Positions 1 through 15,100 of a DNA stretch of 64,000 nt are shown in pieces. The DNA is from Octopus vulgaris. Taxonomy: Eukaryota. Made by a program: the position numbers and the translations under genes. How positions within the stretch are numbered: the stretch's first letter is position 1; each line of letters starts with the position of its first letter. Where the stretch lies: contig OX597814.1 in NCBI GenBank assembly GCA_951406725.2, positions 174,344,001 through 174,408,000 on the forward strand, read 5' to 3'. Below the pieces are notes generated by a model. That model saw only the letters and a program-made list of their open reading frames with translations, had not been told where the DNA came from and searched no databases.

Positions 1-3000
1 TACCTGCTTTTACAACAAGTTGATGCAGGTAGTTTATCCTGTCCCTCTCCAACTTTTAGTTCATGCAATTGAAAAAACCGCATTATTTAGGGGATGACCC
101 AATACACCTAGTACCATAAATTCTAATTGTTTTTTATTGAATTTGGGAAGCACTTCTCCTTGAATCTTACAGAAAGGTCTTCAGTATGTGTAATGAATCA
201 ATTTTGCAGGAGTTTTCTTCCTTGGAAAATTCTGTACTATTTCCATTTAACCTCTCTATAGTATAACTTAATTTTATTTTTAATTCTATTTGAAAGGAAT
301 AGTTTTGTATTTTTGATTTGCAATTTCGTGACATAGACAGCATTTTAATATTCACTCTCTCTCTTTCTCGCGCACACAAGAAAGATAAATGTCCGAAACG
401 TTAAATTCTTTCATTCTTCACACACTGAACCCTTCCATGAACTCTCCAAGTGTTGATACATGTTTATATTACTCTTTACTGCAGTATGAAATGTTCCTTT
501 GCATTTGTTTCTTAACATATTCTTTGTATGTAAGCGACTTTGTGCCACGTGACAGGGGAAGTGTGCATGGGGTTTTAGATTTCTGTCAGGATATTTGTGA
601 ATGAACAAATGTCATCTTGGAAGTGTTCAGGAAGCTTATATAATTATCTTGTCACATTACTTTTGTGTCAACATCAACTGCCAGAAATTCTATAATAATC
701 TGCCACTGTTTGTGACCAACAACTATTAATAATTTCATTTCATTTTTTTTCTCTCTCTCTCTTCTATTTTATTTTAAGATACTGTTTTGTTATTGCTTTC
801 TGTTTTTTAATATAATTACTTGTCAATAACCTTCACTATCAACCTTTCTCTAAACATTTGACACCTATCAAACAATATTTAAGGATTAACAGCTGCGATA
901 ATAGTGGCGACAGTTTTGTTCTATGTTGATGACGGGAAGTACCTATGGTAGAAGCAGACTGAGGGAAATGTATACCAAGAAGTGAGATTTGATCTGAGAA
1001 TATCAAGGACCTTCACATATAACTAATATAGGGTCAAAATGGAAATATGCAGGGCTGCAGATACCCCTCTCTTTACCAGCAGAAGTGGATTATATTAATA
1101 TTAGTCAGTGTCAGAGTCTCAGTATGGTTGCCTGTTTTGCCAGAAGCAGCACTTAAACCCCCTCAAATCCCACCATTATCACATATTGAATAATTAGTTC
1201 TAGATATACAAAAAAAGATGGGTGGTCACAGTTGGAATGCCTTTGATCACATTCATTTGCTGGATTAAGGCTAATATACAGGATTAACAATAGCAACGAA
1301 TATATGTATGTCAAAGAAAAAGAATGATTTCTAATGTGGGCACCTGGTCTCACATTTGGTGGAAGTATATATTCAGTAATATTGATCCCAGAACAGACTG
1401 GTACTATTTTATCAATTCTGCAACAATGAAAAATGAAGAAGACTTAAAAGAGAACTTTAATTCTGAATGAATAATCATACTACAAAACTTGGCAGTCTTG
1501 GGTTAATCTAAAGCAAAGGTAAAAGACACTTACTCAATATGCTGCACAGTGGGATTGAACCAAGACCTTGGGATTGCAAAGTTAACTTTTTAACCATTCA
1601 GCTATATTGTATCCACAAGCGACAATTGAATCAAGATCTTAGTAATTTTTGTTTTGCTTTGCTTAGTTTAGTCTAGTATCTTGTTTATTCTAATTATTTG
1701 TTGATTACCTTAATTGATACTTTGACAGACACTTTAAAACTAAGATGTTTTAATATAATGAGTTTTGAATTAGCCTTTGATAATTAGAGCTTCTATTAAG
1801 ATGTAATTGATTTGTCAAATACATGGTTTTGACTCTACTGCTTTTCTTGTCCTCTCTCATTAAATTTAGTTTCAATTTTAAAACTCTGTTTCTTTACAGA
1901 GTTATTCTGGAAACCTACAAGATAGTCGAGACAAATTCAGGTGTTTTATTTCTGCCATGTAATCTTGATTTCTGATAAATATAGATAATTAGACAGGACA
2001 GGAATTCATCTAAATTTTTAGTAATTATTTTCTACTGAATTTGTTTAATAATCAGTAATTATCATTAAAAGTTAATTCTTCAACTTTTGAATTTGAAGCA
2101 CCTTGTCACTCATTTAATTTTTCCTTTCAGTTTATTTCCTGTCTTCGGAGTAATATCTGCTTTACATAATGTGTAATATGTGTGTTTGTGTAGATATATG
2201 TTTGCTTCTCGATGTCTCTGTATGTTTCCTTGTATGTCAGTTGGTTAAACTGACAGCGAAGGTTAGACAACCACCCAAAGGGTTGATGGTTCACATTGTA
2301 CTAGTGTTGCTGTGCTGTCGTAATACTTGTTGGCCCAGTTCACTTAGCTGTAAATAATTTTCCATCATCAGTACAGTCTTTCATTGATTGCAAGCAGTAG
2401 GCTTCTCTGTATAATTAAAGAAGAATGTCATTAGTTTGAATTGCTGAGTTCAAGTTTTACTATGGCACAAGACCATGATATGTGCCTTCACATCACATTC
2501 TAATTTAACTGACTTTATCATCATTTTGTCAAAGTATAGAGCATGATTGGCCAAGTGGGTAGTGTCCCAGGCAGTTTATAACCCATCCACAGTACTGCAT
2601 TATGTCTGTAGTAAGGACACACATAATAGATACTTCAGAGAAGGAACAACTTGCTACACCAATCAGTGATGGCACTGTTGAATTTGTGAATGATTTGTTA
2701 GCTTGCATTGCCAAGTTCAATTCTTCCTGCAGGAAATCTACTTGCAATAGGCCAGCATCCTATCAAAAGGAATATTTACCTCTCCTCTGATTCTAAATAT
2801 GAAAACCAGAGATAAGTACCAGGTCATATAGATTGTTGTGCTTAAGAAAGGACTAACTGAACATGATGTCATTATATGTGGGCATGGTTACATGGTCAAT
2901 CTCTTTTCTATTTAAAAATATCCAAAGTTCAAGAAAAGCAATGTAGACTTGTTTGTCAATAATCTGCTCATTGTTAGTATTATACATAAATTTAGCACTT

Positions 3001-3301
3001 GTTAGACAACTGAGTAGATCTGTCAGCCTGCTAGTTTTCATGTTAGGGAGAAGAATGGTTGAATCACTTTAAGACTATATACACTTTCCTTTGGCATTAA
3101 AATTCATATTTTTTTTACAAAATTTGAAATAACTTTGTTGTACTTTTGTATCTAATGATGGCTCTGTCTTTTTTAGTGTAAAAATATTAGTAGTATTTGT
3201 CTTCAAATGGTTAGAATAAGTAATTTATTGAGACTTAAATGTGATTTCAAATTTCAGATTGTCATTCCTGTGAATGATTTTTTTGTTTTATTCTTTTTCA
3301 G

Positions 3302-3389
3302 TGACAGACCAAAGCTTGTTTTCTTTGACTTACTCACTTGTTCAAAAATGGGTAGAGATGTTGAGAGCCTTGGATGCCCCACACCTCAG
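3302..3389 (+). CDS. SLC44A2: SLC44 exon ([29 protein letters not shown])
   Basis: ttttcAG acceptor, CAG|GTTAAT donor; CPTPQ motif. Confidence 0.9.
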
Positions 3390-6300
3390 GTTAATAAAAT
3401 TATGATCTTATACATATTTTGTAGAGTTTTTGTATTATTTTAAGTTTGAATTTCCAGGTTAGGGATTAGGGACACCTAAAATCCTAGGCCTAGTATTTTT
3501 GCAGGATGGAACAATGCTGTTCAAGAGAACTACATGCATGGAAATATCTTCAACTAAACCTGTCTGAGATGTTGACTAAACAACAAAATATCCTGCCTAC
3601 ACCAATTCAGTGTCCATCCATTGTTAATTTGTGGGCTTGTGTTGGACAGCTGCTATATCACATGTATGACAGGTTTGGCCATTAGCTAAGTCTGTCATGA
3701 AGATCGACCCAACGTCTTTTCTGGCAAGGAAAGGCAGCTAGTCATCCTGCCTGGTGGTTATGGCTAAGTCATATAGTAGGTAAAGCCAAAAAGTTTGATG
3801 GCAGGGCTTTTCCTTTCTGACCAAGCTTACAGCTACTTTAAATACCATTTAAAGAAGGTGGAGAAAGGCTGCTACCTTCCATTGTATTTCATGTAAGTTG
3901 GATGAGAGTAGCAAGGTTGATGTTAAATCAGCCTACTATGGTTATATGACAATAAGCAGATGGCAGAAATGCTGGGAATGAGCAATTTTATTTTTGAGTT
4001 TCTTTAAACTTGAGCACTGACTGCTAAGATGGATTTTCAAAATAGTCCCTAATTGGGAAGTTTGTTATTGTAAATTATGTCTAACCTACAAAGTTTCAAG
4101 TAATATTTATTCATTTATATTTTACTAGGTGTGTGTTAAAGAATGTCCCACTGAAAATTATGTCTACTTGGAGTCTGCGCAGGAAGAAAAAGCAAACAGA
4201 AATAAAATACTTCAGAAGGAACGTGAACGCCTTATTTGTAAATATGGTGTTGATCGTATGACTGTAAGTAGATTTCTCTGAGAATTAAATTCTGATCTTT
4301 TTTCACTCATTGACCAGAAAAAGATTGAAGGTGTATTTATAAATGAAATTTATTGTTACCCTTTAGCATTCAGATTACTTCACCAAATGTAGTGCTTATT
4401 TATTTACATTGTCTTGAATTAACCATGTATTGTCTTATAGCTGTGAGATTTCAGTGATGTTATTGTTTATTTTTAGACTGACATTCTAGGGTAGGTATAA
4501 GAGGACAAATCTGGTCAGTTTGAACATAAAACAAGTGGAATATTTGGGTTTGATATGGCTGGTTCGAATGCTAAAGGTTTAATTTCATCAAGTAGTTGAT
4601 TGTAATTACTTTTCATCTTTCATTTACATTCAGTTATCTTATTTTTCTGATATTAAAACATTTACAATATCTCAAAAGAAGAAAAGGGATTGGCTGTTAA
4701 CATTTCCTTATAGGCACTTTCGCTATAATGGTTTCCAGTTGTATGTTCTTAATATTATTATGCTTGTTACATGCTGAGAGCTGTCCTTTCTGCACATCAG
4801 CTGTTATAACATATAGTATAAAATAGAAAAAAATTTTAATATCATTTATTCTGAATTCAGTAATAAGTATCATATATTTTGGCACAGTCATATAAAATCT
4901 AGTGATTTTGATGGGGTTTTTATTCCATAGTATTTAAAGTTTTACCTCATACTCTCTGTCTTCTCTGACAACATTTAAAAGTTCAAAAACATTGTCATTG
5001 TAATCCATGAAACACGATTCCTTAAATAATATTGACTTATTTTGTCCAGTCCTATTGCCAAGATTTTTGTATGGATGAAAGTGTAGTTGATTTTATTGTC
5101 CACCCCATCAACTTATGTTGACCCCAGAAGCATAAAAGTTTAAATTGGCTCAAGATTTGAAGACTAAATACAGGGCAACTAAATATTTGTTGGATTCTAC
5201 TTTCTGTTTCTGGGGTTCATGGTTGTCCTATTACTGTTTTTATGTTATGTTTAGATCTAAATACGTGTTTCTTCTTTCATTTACTGCTTAGCAAGTGTAA
5301 ACTTTAAGACAATTACTGACTGCAGTGTTTGACAATATTATCCTTTGCCATGATATCACTGTAAATGAATTATTGATCTCTAAAGTAGAAACAAGCAGCA
5401 CAGCATAAATCTACAATGTTATGGATGTCACAGAGTTTAGGATTCTTTAGTACTTAGATTATTACAATTACCAATTGCTTGTTCATTGCATATCTATAAT
5501 AAATTGTTGTTGTTTAACTTGAAGTTAGACCTCATCAGTCATATAATCAGCCTGCCTTTCTCTTTTTCTCTCTCTCTCTTCCTGAACATACTGTATCTAA
5601 TAGCAAACAATATGAGGAATCCTTTCTTTTTTTACTTAAAGATGCTAGGTATGATATGAGGGAAAATTAGCTACTATTAGCAAGTCAAGCAACCACATAG
5701 TTTCATTGATTTAAATCAATCGTTTCTTATGATACTACTTTGAAAAAGTTGTGTGGCGATTAAAAATACTTGAGATAAATGCATATTTATTAATGCCAAA
5801 AATTGTTATTTCATTTTAATTAAGTGATTGCTGAGTAAAATTTGTTATATCTGTTGAAATGTTTTTACTTTTTAATTTAATTATCTGATTCGTTTATTGA
5901 TTATTTATTGCAGAGAAACATTCAGGACCTTGTCAGCCAAGGACTTTGTACTGCTTATTATGTGAAATCAATTTCAGGTACAATTCTACTTCTTTTAGTA
6001 TTAGTTTTGACAGAAACATGCATTTTGTCATCTTAATTACTTACTATTATTATAATAATTGCTTTCAGCAATTTCTAGTAATTTCTATGCATTTATTTCT
6101 TTGTTCTCATGTTCTTTTGGTTTTTTTTTCCCTCACCTTCTATTTGTGCCCTGGGCTGATTTAATCAGTACATGTCACTTGTTATAGACATATTTACAAA
6201 AGAAATAAGCAAAGAATTGAGGCATGGTGAAATGTAGTTGATCGGTGTTCTTTTCTTTTAAGTTGCTGTTATTTAGCCTTGGGTCAGTGCTAATTGAACA

Positions 6301-7193
6301 TGTACAATGAGGTGAAACACAGTAGGGAAGAAAGATGGGTGCATCAAGTGAGTTTAGGTTGACATAGTACAAAGTTGTCACATTGTTAGAAGAGAAGTAA
6401 CTCACTCAGGACCTCTGAGAAGAATTTTGTCAATGGACACAGTTTCTTCTGGGCTCTTTTCAGAAGATCCTAATCTTCAATATGTACAAACATTTCTTGA
6501 CATCCCTGGAAATTCCTAGGCTTGGGTACAGTGTATCTCATTGCATGCCATTCTCATAGACCTTACAGTGACCATTGTACAGCAATAGGAAAAAGCTGTG
6601 AGAAGATACACAACAGACTAAAAGACAAAAAGTTATTGATGGTAAATGGGCATTTGCTTTGTTTGATGAATTCTTTTATTTTTTGTTTTTTTTTCCCCTT
6701 TGTTTAAATGATTTAGAACTGTCAACTTTTTGTATATATTTTTATATTCTCTCTATATTTGTATTTGGATTGTAATCGCATGTTGTTTATGAAGGATTAA
6801 TATCTTCTCTTCATTCCAGTTGCCCATCGCTGTATCCCTGCTGTGTTTAAATCAAATAGCATGTATGATGTTCTTCAAAGTGGCAATAGTACAGTTAAAT
6901 TGATGTCTAAAGATGGTGACAAAATCACACCAAATGCTTTGGCTGAAGCAACAAGGTACTAAGCATTTTTTTTTTTTCAGTCATAAAAAGACAATTCTTT
7001 GATTTAATTTTTCTTTCCTGTTTTCTAGTTTTTTAAATTTATGTTATTCACTATGAATTTACTTCTCAGATGATTTGACTTTTTATTTTTCTCTTCTTTG
7101 TAGATACCTCATTGAATTTCACAAATTTCAGGAATATGGAGAGATGATATTCAGTGACATTAAAAATTCCTGGCTCCTCATTGTAGTGTAAGT

Positions 7194-7233
<40 letters not shown>

Positions 7234-9140
7234 ACACACACATTGATTGATTGAAATAATATAGATGTAGGCATAGGAGTGGCTGTGTGGTAAGTAGCTT
7301 GCTTACAAACCACATGGTTCCTGGTTCAGTCCCACTGCATGGCACCTTGGGCAAGTGTCTTCTACTATAGCCTCAGGCCAACCAAAGCCTTGTGAGTGGA
7401 TTTGGTAGACAGAAACTGAAGGAAGCCCGTTGTATATATGTATGTATGTGTGTGTGTGTGTGTGTGTGTATATGTTTGTGTGTCTGTGTTTGTCCCCCCA
7501 ACATCACTTGACAACCAATGCTGGTGTGTTTACATCCCCGTAACTTAGCAGTTCGGCAAAAGAGACCGATAGAATAAATACTAGGCTTACAAAGAATAAG
7601 TCCTGGGGTTGATTTGCTCGACTAAAGGCGGTGCTCCAGCATGGTCACAGTCACATGGCTGAAACAAGTAAAAGACAGTAATGTAATAGCACCAAATAAA
7701 TAAATCAGAAGTTTGAATTGAGTGTATTAATTTTATTGTTTTTGAATGAGCCACTTAAATTTATACAAACCTCAGTTCACCTTCTGTAGAATAAATAGGA
7801 ACTAGGATTTTCTGAGAAATTTGAACTCTGATGGACTAGTTTTGTCCATTTCTAAAATAGCTAATACTGTCTGATCTGAATACCAATACTCTGGATTACT
7901 GTCTTTTAAAGAAGAAGTAACTAGTATTTCATTTTTTGAAGAAGAGTTTAATCTGATATTTGATTGAATAGCATGTCTTTTGAATTTTATGCTTTCAAAG
8001 ATTGACTTGTATGCTATACAAAAGTTGTAGTCCGATACTACTTTATAGGGTTGCAGTCAGATACCATATGAAGTTGCAAGTCATTTCCTTGATTGAGCTG
8101 TTGTTTTTTTCTTAGTTGCTAATTGAACATTTCTGCTTACAGATGCTTCCTGATTGCTGTGCTGATATCCTTGGTTTGGGTGATTTTACTGCGTTGTATT
8201 GCAGCTGTTCTTGTTTGGGTGACACTTATTGCTTTCTTTGCATTACTTGGATTTGGTAAGTGTTCTTCTTCTTATGATAATGGTTTCAAATTTTGGCACA
8301 AGGTCAGCGTTTTTAGGAGAGAGAATTTGTTGAGTATATCAACCCCAGTGTTCAACTGGTACTTATTTTATTGTTTGTTCCTTCTCGAGCCATGCCTAGC
8401 TCATAAGGGCCAGTTTCCTGGTTTCTCGGCGTATAGGTTCCCCACCAAGATGCAGGAGGAAAGAGTGAGAGAAAGTTGTGGTGAAAGAGTCAGCAGAAGT
8501 TCGCCATTACCTTCTGCCGGAGCCGTGTGGAGCTTAGGTGTTTCGCTCATAAACACACACACATCACCCGGTCTGAGATTCGAACCCGTGATCCCTCGAC
8601 TGCGAGTCCGCTGCTCTAACAACTAGGCCATGTGCCTCCACATTTTATTGACCCCACCAAAAGGATGAAAGGCAAAGTCAACCCTGATGGAATTTGCACT
8701 CAGAACATAATGAATTGGAAAAAAATATTGATAGTATTTTGTCCCACACACAAACAATTCTGCCAATTTACTACCTTAAAGATAATAATAATAATGATGA
8801 TAATAATAGTTTCAAACTTTTGCACCAAGCCAGCAGTTCCTGGGAGGCTGCAAGTTGATTACGTCGACCCCAGTGCTCAACTGGTACTTATTTTATCAAC
8901 CCTGAGGATGAAAATGAAGTCAACTTCAGCAGGATTTGAACTCAGACAGTAAAGACAGACAAAATGCTGCTAAGCATTTTGCTGGGTCTGCTAACGATCC
9001 TACCAGCTTGCCACCGTAATAATAATAATTATGATTTAAAACTTTGGCACAAGGCAGTCGTCTCGGCAGAATTTGAACTCAAAACATAAAGATGGATGAA
9101 ATGCTATTGAGCATTTTACCCGATGTGCTAACCACCTTGA

Positions 9141-9173
<33 letters not shown>

Positions 9174-12100
9174 CCTTTCTACTATAGGCACAAGGCCTGA
9201 AATTTGGAAGGAGGGACTAGTCGATTGCATCGATCCTAGCGCTTTATTGGTAGGATGCCTTACCTAACGCTAACCACTTACAGACTGTGATGAGTGCTTT
9301 GTATGTGGCACCAGCACCTGTATCAGTTTTGTAGTGGTGGGCAGGTCTTCTTGGTTCAGCAAGGCACCAGACATCTCAGTCCTTTGTCATCTTCTAAACT
9401 TAAATTACTATTATTATTGCAGTATTATATTCTGAGTTCAACCTGTTCATGTTGACATTGACATTCATCATTCTAAGTGTTGATAAAATGGAGGGCAACT
9501 AAATCAATAATATCCTTCCTGCCAAAATTCTTAGTTTTGTGTTTACAGTTGAGATCGTTATTATTAATAATAATTTTATTTTCAATTTGTGGCATTTAGT
9601 ATATCTTCTAAGGACAATATTTTTCAAATAAATTTATCTACCTGATTTAACAGACAGCTATTTCATCTAATTTATAACCTTTTATTTGTTTCCTTTATAG
9701 TCATTTACTATACATTCAATACTTATGTTGAACTTAAAAATTCTGGTAAAGAAAATGATTTTGGTCTCACTCCTGCATTTGCTGGCAACTTTGAGTATTA
9801 CCTTGGTTTGGAGCAGACCTGGTTGGCCGCTGGTGAGTCTTTGCTTTTTTTTTTACATAAAGATGAAATTGTGTGTTCTACAACATGCACGCACACATAC
9901 ACACACACACACAGTTGCTTCAGTTTAATTCATATGCCTGAACAAATTAACTATAAGATTTTCTGTGTAAAATTAATGATTTCAACATGGTTTCAACCTT
10001 TTCAACTTACGATCTACAAATGATTTAAATTGGAAATTAGTAGACTGCTTCTTTTTTTATTCTTAGGGCTTGGATTTCTTTTAACAGTTGCAAGTTTTTC
10101 TACTGATTCACAACATAATGCAACACAAAAATTAAAATCAGTCCTTCATTATGGACCAAATATATACATTTTCTTTTTTCTCCATTTTTATTTTTCAGGT
10201 ATCATATGTTCAGTTATATTTGTGGTGTGTTTGCTTTTGCTGATATTTGTGGCTAAGAAATTGTGCCTTGCCATTGAACTCATTAAAGAAGCAAGTCGGT
10301 AAGAGGCAAAGCAGTTTCTATAATTTATTAATTGTGATATCGAAAACTTGTCATCAATAATGATAATATTCATCAACACAACCATGATGCCTCACATTTG
10401 ACCCTTTAGCATTCGGATTACCTCTCGGGGCCGGTGCGCATTGATGCCGTCGAGAGGTAGGCCCCGAAACGGCACGCATTCTCTCCTGATGACCCCATAC
10501 ACTTGCTAGCTTCCAGTATACAGAGCTTTTAACTGGTAGCACTTGCATGTGCAAGTTGTTTGCAAGACATGTCAAATGTTAGACTTATTTATTCACATTG
10601 TTTTGAATTATTCATACATTCAAAATTTTGATAATGTGATTGCTTCTTTTTAGTGTTGAGTAGGTGTGAGAGGCCAAATCAAGCCAGTTTGAACTGAAAA
10701 CATGTGGAATATTTTGGCCAGATATGACTGCCTTAAATGCTAAAGGATAAAAGAAGAAAGCTGGAATTATTACATTCATATGCTCCAAATTGTTAACTGA
10801 AACGCATAGCTGACCTGTTCTCCAAATTTTTGGTGAACTTAGAACAAGTTAATAACAATAATAGTTGTTTTTAACATGGGCACAAGGCCTGAAATATGTG
10901 ATTGTGGGATTACTGATATTATTGACTCAACTGGGCCTTAAGTTTATTGTCTCCAAAGATTGAAAGGCAAAGTTGACTTTGGCAGGGTTTGAACTCAGAA
11001 TGTAAAGAGCAAGCATGTGTGGCTGTGTGGTAAGAAGCTTACTTCTCAGCCATATGGTTCCAGGTTCAGTCCCACTGCATGTCATCTTGGGCAAGTGTCT
11101 TCTACTAAAGTCTCAGGCCGACCAAAGTTGAGTGGATCTGGTAGACAGAAACTGAAAGAATTTACTCTTTTACTTGTTTCAGTCATTTGACTGCGGCGAT
11201 GCTGGAGCACCTCCTTTAGTCGAGCAAATCGACCCCGGGACTTATTCTTTGTAAACCCAGTATTTATTCTATCGGTCTCTTTTGCCGAACCGCTAAGTGA
11301 CGGGGACGTAAACACACCAGCATCGGTTGTCAAGCAATGCTAGGGGGACAAACACAGACACACATACATATATATATATACATATATACGACAGGCTTCT
11401 TTCAGTTTCCGTCTACCAAATCCACTCACAAGGCATTGGTCGGCCCGGGGCTATAGCAGAAGACACTTGCCCAAGATACCACGCAGTGGGACTGAACCCG
11501 GAACCATATGGTTGGTTAGCAAGCTACTTACCACACAGCCACTCCAACTCGATATATATATATATCTGTTGCAAGATTCCTGTAAAATCATGGTATTGAA
11601 ATAGTTAATGTATTTTAGAATGGGTTTTTTTTTTTTCTTTTGATGGTGCTCCAGCATGGCTGCAGACTGTAAAACAAGTAAAAAAAAAATAAAGCAATAA
11701 ACACTTTTACAATTCTGCTAGATACTGTTTATTAAGGCAGAATAATATTGTGCTTAGTCAGTAGTGTGCTGACTCACAATTTCTCTCATTAATGAAATTT
11801 AACCTCTTGAAAAGTGAGAGTGTAGAGGTTAATATTATGTGCAAAAATTGTGAAGGAGAAAAGAGGGGAAGAGGTGGTTATGAAGGAATTAATGGAAGAG
11901 AAAAGGGAGAAAGGACAGTGAATAGTGTGGTAGGTGATGTGATAGAGCGGGAGAGGGATGGTTAAGTTTGTAGCAAAAGTCAGGTCAGTTGAAATGGGAG
12001 TAAGGTGAAGGGTAGTTAAGGCAGGGTGAAAAAGTGATGAATAAAAGAAATAATGAAATAATACATACCACAAGTAAGGAGGAGGGAATGAACTAGCAGT

Positions 12101-15100
12101 CAGGACAAATTGGTGAGGAAAGTAAGGAAGATAGAGAGATTGGTCAGAATTGGAAAGAAAAATGCATATTCAAAGCAGTCAGATTAATATAGTTTGTAGG
12201 GAAAGTGACACTTTGTTGAAGTAAACAAGTGCAAGAACTACGTGTTTTAGCAGCATTGTATATACAATCTTATACACAGTGTATGCACAAATTATACACA
12301 ACAATTAAGATCAAACAGTATACATGTATACATACACACACACATAACATAACATAACTCTAACAAAAGTAGAAAAGAATATAAATAGAATGAATATATT
12401 TAAAGTAGGACAACAGTGTGTTCAGCACAGTATTAGGTGCAGTGTAAGTCTTTAAAAGACTTTGTTTGTATTAAAATCTTCCGTTTTAGTTTCATATGTA
12501 AAAACCTTTAAGTTTTACTCTAAACAGCCAACTTTCATACTCAATGAATGAAAAAGTGATGATTTTTTTTATTTACTATCTCTGAATTTTTTTTTTTTTT
12601 TTTTTTTCATTATTTTGAGAAATCATCATTATCAGTTAACATCCATCTTCCATGCTGGCAGGGGTTAGAGAGTTTGACTGTGGCATCAGGCTCCTTGTCT
12701 GCTTTGACATGGTTTCTATGGCTGGATGCCCCTCCTAATGCCAACCACTTGCAAGAGTGGAACTGAGGGAAGTGACAGGTTAAAGTATAAATAGAAGGCG
12801 GCGAGCTGGCAGAATCATTAGCACACCGGGCAAAATGCTTAGCAGTATTTCGTCTGCCGCTACGTTCTGAGTTCAAATTCCGCCGAGGTTGACTTTGCCT
12901 TTCATCCTTTCGGGGTCAATAAATTAAGTACCAGTTTACGCTCTGGGGTCGATATAATCGACTTAATCCCTTTGTCTGTCCTTGTTTGTCCCCTCTATGT
13001 TTAGCCCCTTGTGGGTAATAAAGAAATAGGTATTTCGTCAGCCATTATGTTCTGAGTTCAAATTCCACCAAGGTCGACTTTGCCTTTCATCCTTTCGGGG
13101 TCAATAAATTAAGTACCAGTTACGCTCTGGGGTCGATATAATCGACTTAATCCCTTTGTCTGTCCTTGTTTGTCCCTTCTATGTTTAGCTCCTTGTGGGC
13201 AATAAAGAAATAAGAAATAGATGTCATTACTAAAGAGGAGATACTTGGCTACTACAGTAGGAAGACAAATGAGAGAAAGATGGACAGTCAGCATGAGAGA
13301 GAGAGAGAAATAGATGGTGTTGGAGATGCATCAGGAGTGTGGGGACCTACCCACAAGGAACAGTGGTTGTGGAAGTATAAGTGGTATAGAGGGGGACAGT
13401 AGGGAGAGTGTAAATGAAACAAAAGTAATTGGAATATTTTGGTAGTACATTGTTATTAGAAAATAATCATATAAGGTTTAAACTGATAATTATATTTCAG
13501 TATTAGTAACAACTCTGTTAGACTACTAACTGCACAACAGTATTTTATTTCATTATAGTTATAAGTTCAACTATATACCCCCACCACTCTAAAAATTAAC
13601 TTTTTGTTCACATTCAAAAAAAATTAGTATTTATTTTGCATGAGAGAAATCAGTAAGTAGAGAAGAGGAATTAATTTCATATAAATTATGAAGATACTGT
13701 TCTAAGAATTGAAGAGGAATCTGCTGTGTGTAATTATTATTTTATACCAGATTTCTTCTGCTTAACTTTAATTAAGTCAACTTCCCTGTGGTTTGTTTTC
13801 TAGGCTAGAGTTTATAAATAGGGCAAGCCTTGAAAGGCTCAGTTTGTGGTGACATTTGCCAATGAAATTGAAAGCTAGCAGGGTTCAATAGCATAATTAG
13901 GGAATGCACTAGGTGACATAGGTTCAAATATCATTCTACAATGACTACTCCACTGCCTACCACCACAACTTTATGTCCTGTTTTCCTGCCTATGCAGATC
14001 TGTATATATTTTCACTGGAAAGCCACTGGTTAACTCCCAAGGAATTGATACTGCAGCAGGATTTTACTTCTCAGTTGATGGAGGTTCTTTCATCTCACTT
14101 AAATTGTTGATATTCATGTGAAAGACATACTGTCACAACTTCACATTTCTTTTTTTCCTAAGATTATATGGCTTTTGTGCCCAGTTACAAAGAAAGCAAT
14201 ATAATAAACAAATATATTGCTTGAAGATTCATTTGTTATAATTTATATTAACAGTTGAATAGATCTTGTAGTTAAATCATTTAGGTACATCATCATCATC
14301 GTTTAACATCCATTTTCCATGCTTGCATGGGTTGGATGGTTCGACCAGGTCTGGGAAGCCAGGAGGCTGCACCAGGCTCCAGTCTGATCTGGCAGTGTTT
14401 TTACAGCTGGATGCCCTTCTTAACGCCAACCACTCCGTGAGTGTTGTGGGTGCTTTTTATGTGCCACTGGCACAGGTGCCAGGGGAGGCTGGCAACGGCT
14501 ACAATTGGTTGGTGCTTCTTACGTGCCACCGGCACAGGTATCCAACTATAATTTCCATTTGATTTTTATTTGATGTTGATGTACTTGACTCAATAGGTCT
14601 CCTCAAGCACAGCAGGTTGCCCTACGATCCAAGGTAAGCACAGCAGGCTGTTCTGCATTCCAAGGTACTTTGGATGGGCTGGGGCTGCTATGTGAAGCTG
14701 GTGCAGGAAACAGCCATGAACTCACATCATTTGTCGGGTCTTCGCAGTCACAGCATATCTCCAGAGATCTCGGTCTTTTGTCATTGCTTCTGTGAGGCCA
14801 ACGTTCGATGGTCATGCTTGACCATCTCATCCCATGTCTTCTTGGGTCTACCTCTACCCCAGATTCCTTCAACTGTTTGGGAGTGGCACTTCTTCACACA
14901 TCTCTCCTCATCCATCCGTTGTACATGACCATACCAGCGCAAACGTCTCTCTTGCACGCCACATCCAATGCTTCTTATGTCCAGCATTTCTCTCAGGGCA
15001 CTTTGAAAGTAATTTGCTATTTGATATATAACTGTGTTTGAATATAGCAGTTGGTCCTTTTACATAAACACTGTTAATACTTTACAAAGTTAGCTAGAAA

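Noticed and set aside
2470-2790. Coding-like stretch and short ORFs upstream of exon 3302
   Set aside because: No SLC44 similarity and no convincing splice sites.
8123-8626. 167-aa ORF
   Set aside because: Only 8143-8255 is a real exon; the rest is read-through into intronic SINEs.
11790-12165. Strongly purine-skewed tract
   Set aside because: Low complexity with no repeat unit, ends or ORF homology that I can support.
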